Shown one piece after another: positions 61,394 to 64,000 of a DNA stretch of 64,000 nt. The notes under the pieces are model-generated. The model did no database searches and was not told the origin of the DNA. It saw only the letters and a program-made list of their open reading frames with translations. Where the stretch lies: contig NZ_JAUNPC010000005.1 of the NCBI RefSeq assembly GCF_030536915.1, forward strand, positions 1,857 to 65,856, in the 5' to 3' direction. The position numbers were made by a program, and so were the translations under genes. Each line of letters starts with the position of its first letter. The stretch's first letter is position 1. Origin of the DNA: Paracoccus sp. (in: a-proteobacteria) (GTDB lineage Bacteria; Pseudomonadota; Alphaproteobacteria; Rhodobacterales; Rhodobacteraceae).

Positions 61394-62140
61394 ATGGACC
61401 TGTCGAATGCCCGCGCCATCGTCACCGGCGGCGCCTCGGGCCTTGGCGCGGCGACCGCGCAGCATTTCCGCCAGCGCGGCGCGCAGGTCACGGTGCTGGA
61501 CCGCGACGAGGCGGGCGCCGGGGCGGTGGCGGCAACGGGCGCCCATTACGCCCGGGCCGATGTCACCGACGAGGATTCGGTCGCCGCCGCCATCGCGCAG
61601 GCCGTGGACCACATGGGCGGCATTGACATCTGCGTGAACTGCGCGGGCATCGTCATCGGGGAAAAGACGGTGGGCCGGGACGGGCCGCACAAGCTGGACA
61701 GCTTCCGCCGCACCATCGAGGTGAACCTGATCGGCACCTTCAACGTCCTGCGCCTCGCCGCCGCCGAAATGGCCAGGAACGGGCGCGAGGACGAGAACGG
61801 CGTCATCGTCAACACGGCGTCCATCGCCGCCTTCGACGGGCAGAGCGGGCAGGCCGCCTATGCAGCGTCCAAGGCCGCCATCGCCGGCATGACCCTACCC
61901 ATCGCCCGCGACCTTGCCCGCAACCGCATTCGCATCTGCACCATCGCCCCCGGCATCTTCGGCACCGCCATGCTGCGCAGCTTGGCCCAGGAGGTGCAGG
62001 ACAGCCTTGCCGCCGAGGTCACGAACCCCAAGAGGCTTGGCGAGCCCGAGGAATATGCGCGCCTTGCCGCGTTCATCGTCGAGAATGCCTACATGAACGG
62101 CGAAACGATCCGCATCGACGGCGCGTTGCGGATGCGTTGA
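61394..62140 (+). CDS. SDR, 3-hydroxyacyl-CoA dehydrogenase type II-like
   Basis: TGGASGLG, NCAGI, YAASK, LPIARDL, NGETIRIDGALRM. Confidence 0.88.
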   Translation: MDLSNARAIVTGGASGLGAATAQHFRQRGAQVTVLDRDEAGAGAVAATGAHYARADVTDEDSVAAAIAQAVDHMGGIDICVNCAGIVIGEKTVGRDGPHKLDSFRRTIEVNLIGTFNVLRLAAAEMARNGREDENGVIVNTASIAAFDGQSGQAAYAASKAAIAGMTLPIARDLARNRIRICTIAPGIFGTAMLRSLAQEVQDSLAAEVTNPKRLGEPEEYARLAAFIVENAYMNGETIRIDGALRMR

Positions 62141-62156
62141 GCCAGGAAAGGCGAAC

Positions 62157-63095
62157 ATGACCGACCGGATGCCCCTGCCCGACGAACCCTTGGACTGCCT
62201 CATCGTGGGGGGCGGACCGGCCGGCCTGACGGCTGCGATCTACCTCGGCCGCTTTCACCGCAGCGTGGCCGTGGTGGACAAGGGCGAGGGGCGGCTGCAG
62301 ATGGTTCCCCGGTCGCACAACCATCCGGGCTATCCCGAGGGCGTGACGGGGACCAACCTGCTTCAGGATATGCGCGAGCAGGCCGCCCGATACGGCGCGA
62401 CCCTGCTGGACGGAGAGGTGACGGCCCTCGCCCGCGACGGCGAGCTGTTCGTGGCCGAGACCGACCAGGGCCGCATCAGCGCCCGCACCGTCATGCTGGG
62501 GACCGGCGTCGTGAACCATCGTCCGCCGCTGGACGAGGCGGCCCATGCCGATGCGGTTGCCCGTGGCCTTCTGCGCTATTGCCCCATTTGCGACGCCTAT
62601 GAGCAGACCGGCAGGCGCATCGGCGTCCTTGGCGGCAACCGCCACGGGCTGGCCGAGGCGATGTTCCTGCGCAGCTACAGCCGCGACATCACCCTGATCC
62701 CGATGACGGGCATGCGGCTGGACGAGGACGAGCGTGACCAGGCTAGGGGTGCCCGCATCGACGTGGTCGAAAAGCCCATGTCGGCGTTGAACTTCGATGA
62801 TGGCTGCGTCCAGGTCACGCTTGAAAACGGGCAGCGGCTGGTCTTCGACACGCTTTACGTCGCGCTGGGCACCCATACACGCAACGAGCTGGGCGTGATG
62901 CTGGGGATCGAGCTTGCGGAAGGCCAGTGCTTCGTCACCGACGAGCGCCAGCGCACCACCATCCCCGGCATCTATGCCGCAGGCGACGCGGTCCAGGGGC
63001 TGGACCAGATCGGCTTTGCCATCGGGACCGGCACCCGCGCGGCGGTCGCCATCCACAACGACCTGCGCAACAAGGACGGGCAGACGCTGGACTGA
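62157..63095 (+). CDS. Thioredoxin reductase-like FAD/NAD(P) oxidoreductase
   Basis: GGGPAG, YCPICD, YAAGD. Confidence 0.85.
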   Translation: MTDRMPLPDEPLDCLIVGGGPAGLTAAIYLGRFHRSVAVVDKGEGRLQMVPRSHNHPGYPEGVTGTNLLQDMREQAARYGATLLDGEVTALARDGELFVAETDQGRISARTVMLGTGVVNHRPPLDEAAHADAVARGLLRYCPICDAYEQTGRRIGVLGGNRHGLAEAMFLRSYSRDITLIPMTGMRLDEDERDQARGARIDVVEKPMSALNFDDGCVQVTLENGQRLVFDTLYVALGTHTRNELGVMLGIELAEGQCFVTDERQRTTIPGIYAAGDAVQGLDQIGFAIGTGTRAAVAIHNDLRNKDGQTLD

Positions 63096-63123
63096 GGGGC
63101 GGCGACCCGCCCCCTACCGGGCC

Positions 63124-63999
63124 TCAGCGGTTCACCTGCCCCGAAGTGAAGTAATCGTAAGGCAGTTCGGCCACCCGCAGCCATTGCTGCTGCTTCTGCC
63201 AATAAGCCGACCAGGGTTCATATATCCTGCGGAAGTTCTCGTTGCTTTCGGCATATTCCGCGTAAAGCTTGCGCGATTCCGCGAAGGCTGCCTCCAGCAC
63301 GTCGTCCGGGAAGGCCTTGAGCTGCGCGCCCGCCTGGATTAGCCGCAGCAGCGCGTCCGGGTTGCCGTTGTCATACTTGGCGACGCAATGGGTCAGCGTC
63401 TCGGCGCAGGCAGCTTCCAGCGCGGCCTGGTAATGGGCGGGCAGCGCGTTCCAGGCATCGAGGTTGATATAAAGGCCGACGTTCGCGCAGCCTTCCCACC
63501 AGCCCGGATAATAGTAATGCGGCGCGACCCGCTGGAAGCCCAGCTTCTCGTCGTCCAGCGGCCCCGAGAACTCGGCCGCATCGATGGTGCCGCGTTCCAG
63601 CGCCGAATAGATGTCGCCGCCCGCGATCTGCTGGGGCACCACGCCCAGCCGCGACAGGATCGTGCCGCCCAGCCCGGCGATCCGCAGCTTGAGGCCGCGC
63701 AGATCCTCGACCGAGTTGATTTCCTTGCGATACCAGCCGCCCATCTGCGCGCCGGTGTTGCCCGAGGGGATCACCCGCACGTTCGATGAGGCGACGAATT
63801 CGTTGATCAGTTCCAGCCCGCCGCCCTGCATCAGCCATGCGGTCTGCTGGCGGGTGTTCAGGCCGAAGGGCAGCGCGGTTTCAAAGCCCCAGGTCGGGTC
63901 CTTGCCGATGTTGTAGCTGCCCAGCGTATGGGCGCATTCCACCGTGCCGTCGCTGGCCGCGTCCAGGGCCTGCAATCCCGGCACCAACTCGCCCGCCGA
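63124..63999 (-). CDS. TRAP substrate-binding protein (DctP/TakP-like), 5'-truncated by window edge
   Basis: GNTGAQMGGW, GLKLRI, LERGTIDAAE, YYYPGWWE. Confidence 0.88.
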   Translation of the reverse strand, partial: SAGELVPGLQALDAASDGTVECAHTLGSYNIGKDPTWGFETALPFGLNTRQQTAWLMQGGGLELINEFVASSNVRVIPSGNTGAQMGGWYRKEINSVEDLRGLKLRIAGLGGTILSRLGVVPQQIAGGDIYSALERGTIDAAEFSGPLDDEKLGFQRVAPHYYYPGWWEGCANVGLYINLDAWNALPAHYQAALEAACAETLTHCVAKYDNGNPDALLRLIQAGAQLKAFPDDVLEAAFAESRKLYAEYAESNENFRRIYEPWSAYWQKQQQWLRVAELPYDYFTSGQVNR

Positions 64000-64000
64000 G

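Overview
High-GC alphaproteobacterial chromosome segment, Rhodobacteraceae/Paracoccus-like (inferred from gene content and order). It is mostly core genome: guaD-gdhA; a TPP-riboswitch-controlled thiamine operon (thiD-O-S-G-E-F, ABC salvage transporter, tenA; no thiC in the window); lon; the pyrH-frr-uppS-cdsA-dxr-rseP-bamA-ompH-fabZ-lpxA-lpxI-lpxB cluster; miaA, rlmE, ppx, guaB, metA and ppk2. There are three tRNAs (Asn-GTT, Val-CAC, Val-TAC). Two small tRNA-anchored islets carry a low-GC orphan gene, a benE pseudogene and an IS481 remnant. The most notable signals are: (1) a dispersed short palindromic repeat family (CTTC-N9/10-AAATAYCC..GGGG-hairpin-GGGGG..CCCCC), with one composite copy inserted in frame (58 codons) into the thiF N-terminus; (2) an uncharacterised P-loop kinase-like gene translationally coupled to metA; (3) an alpha/beta-hydrolase plus cytochrome P450 pair; (4) EcfG-type (GGAAC-N16/17-CGTT) promoter motifs, one upstream of a metallo-hydrolase gene lying between pyrH and frr; (5) a CtrA-like box upstream of an unknown outer-membrane protein gene. 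No CRISPR array, rRNA, intact prophage or intact transposase was seen. All calls come from motif recognition by eye, without database searches.
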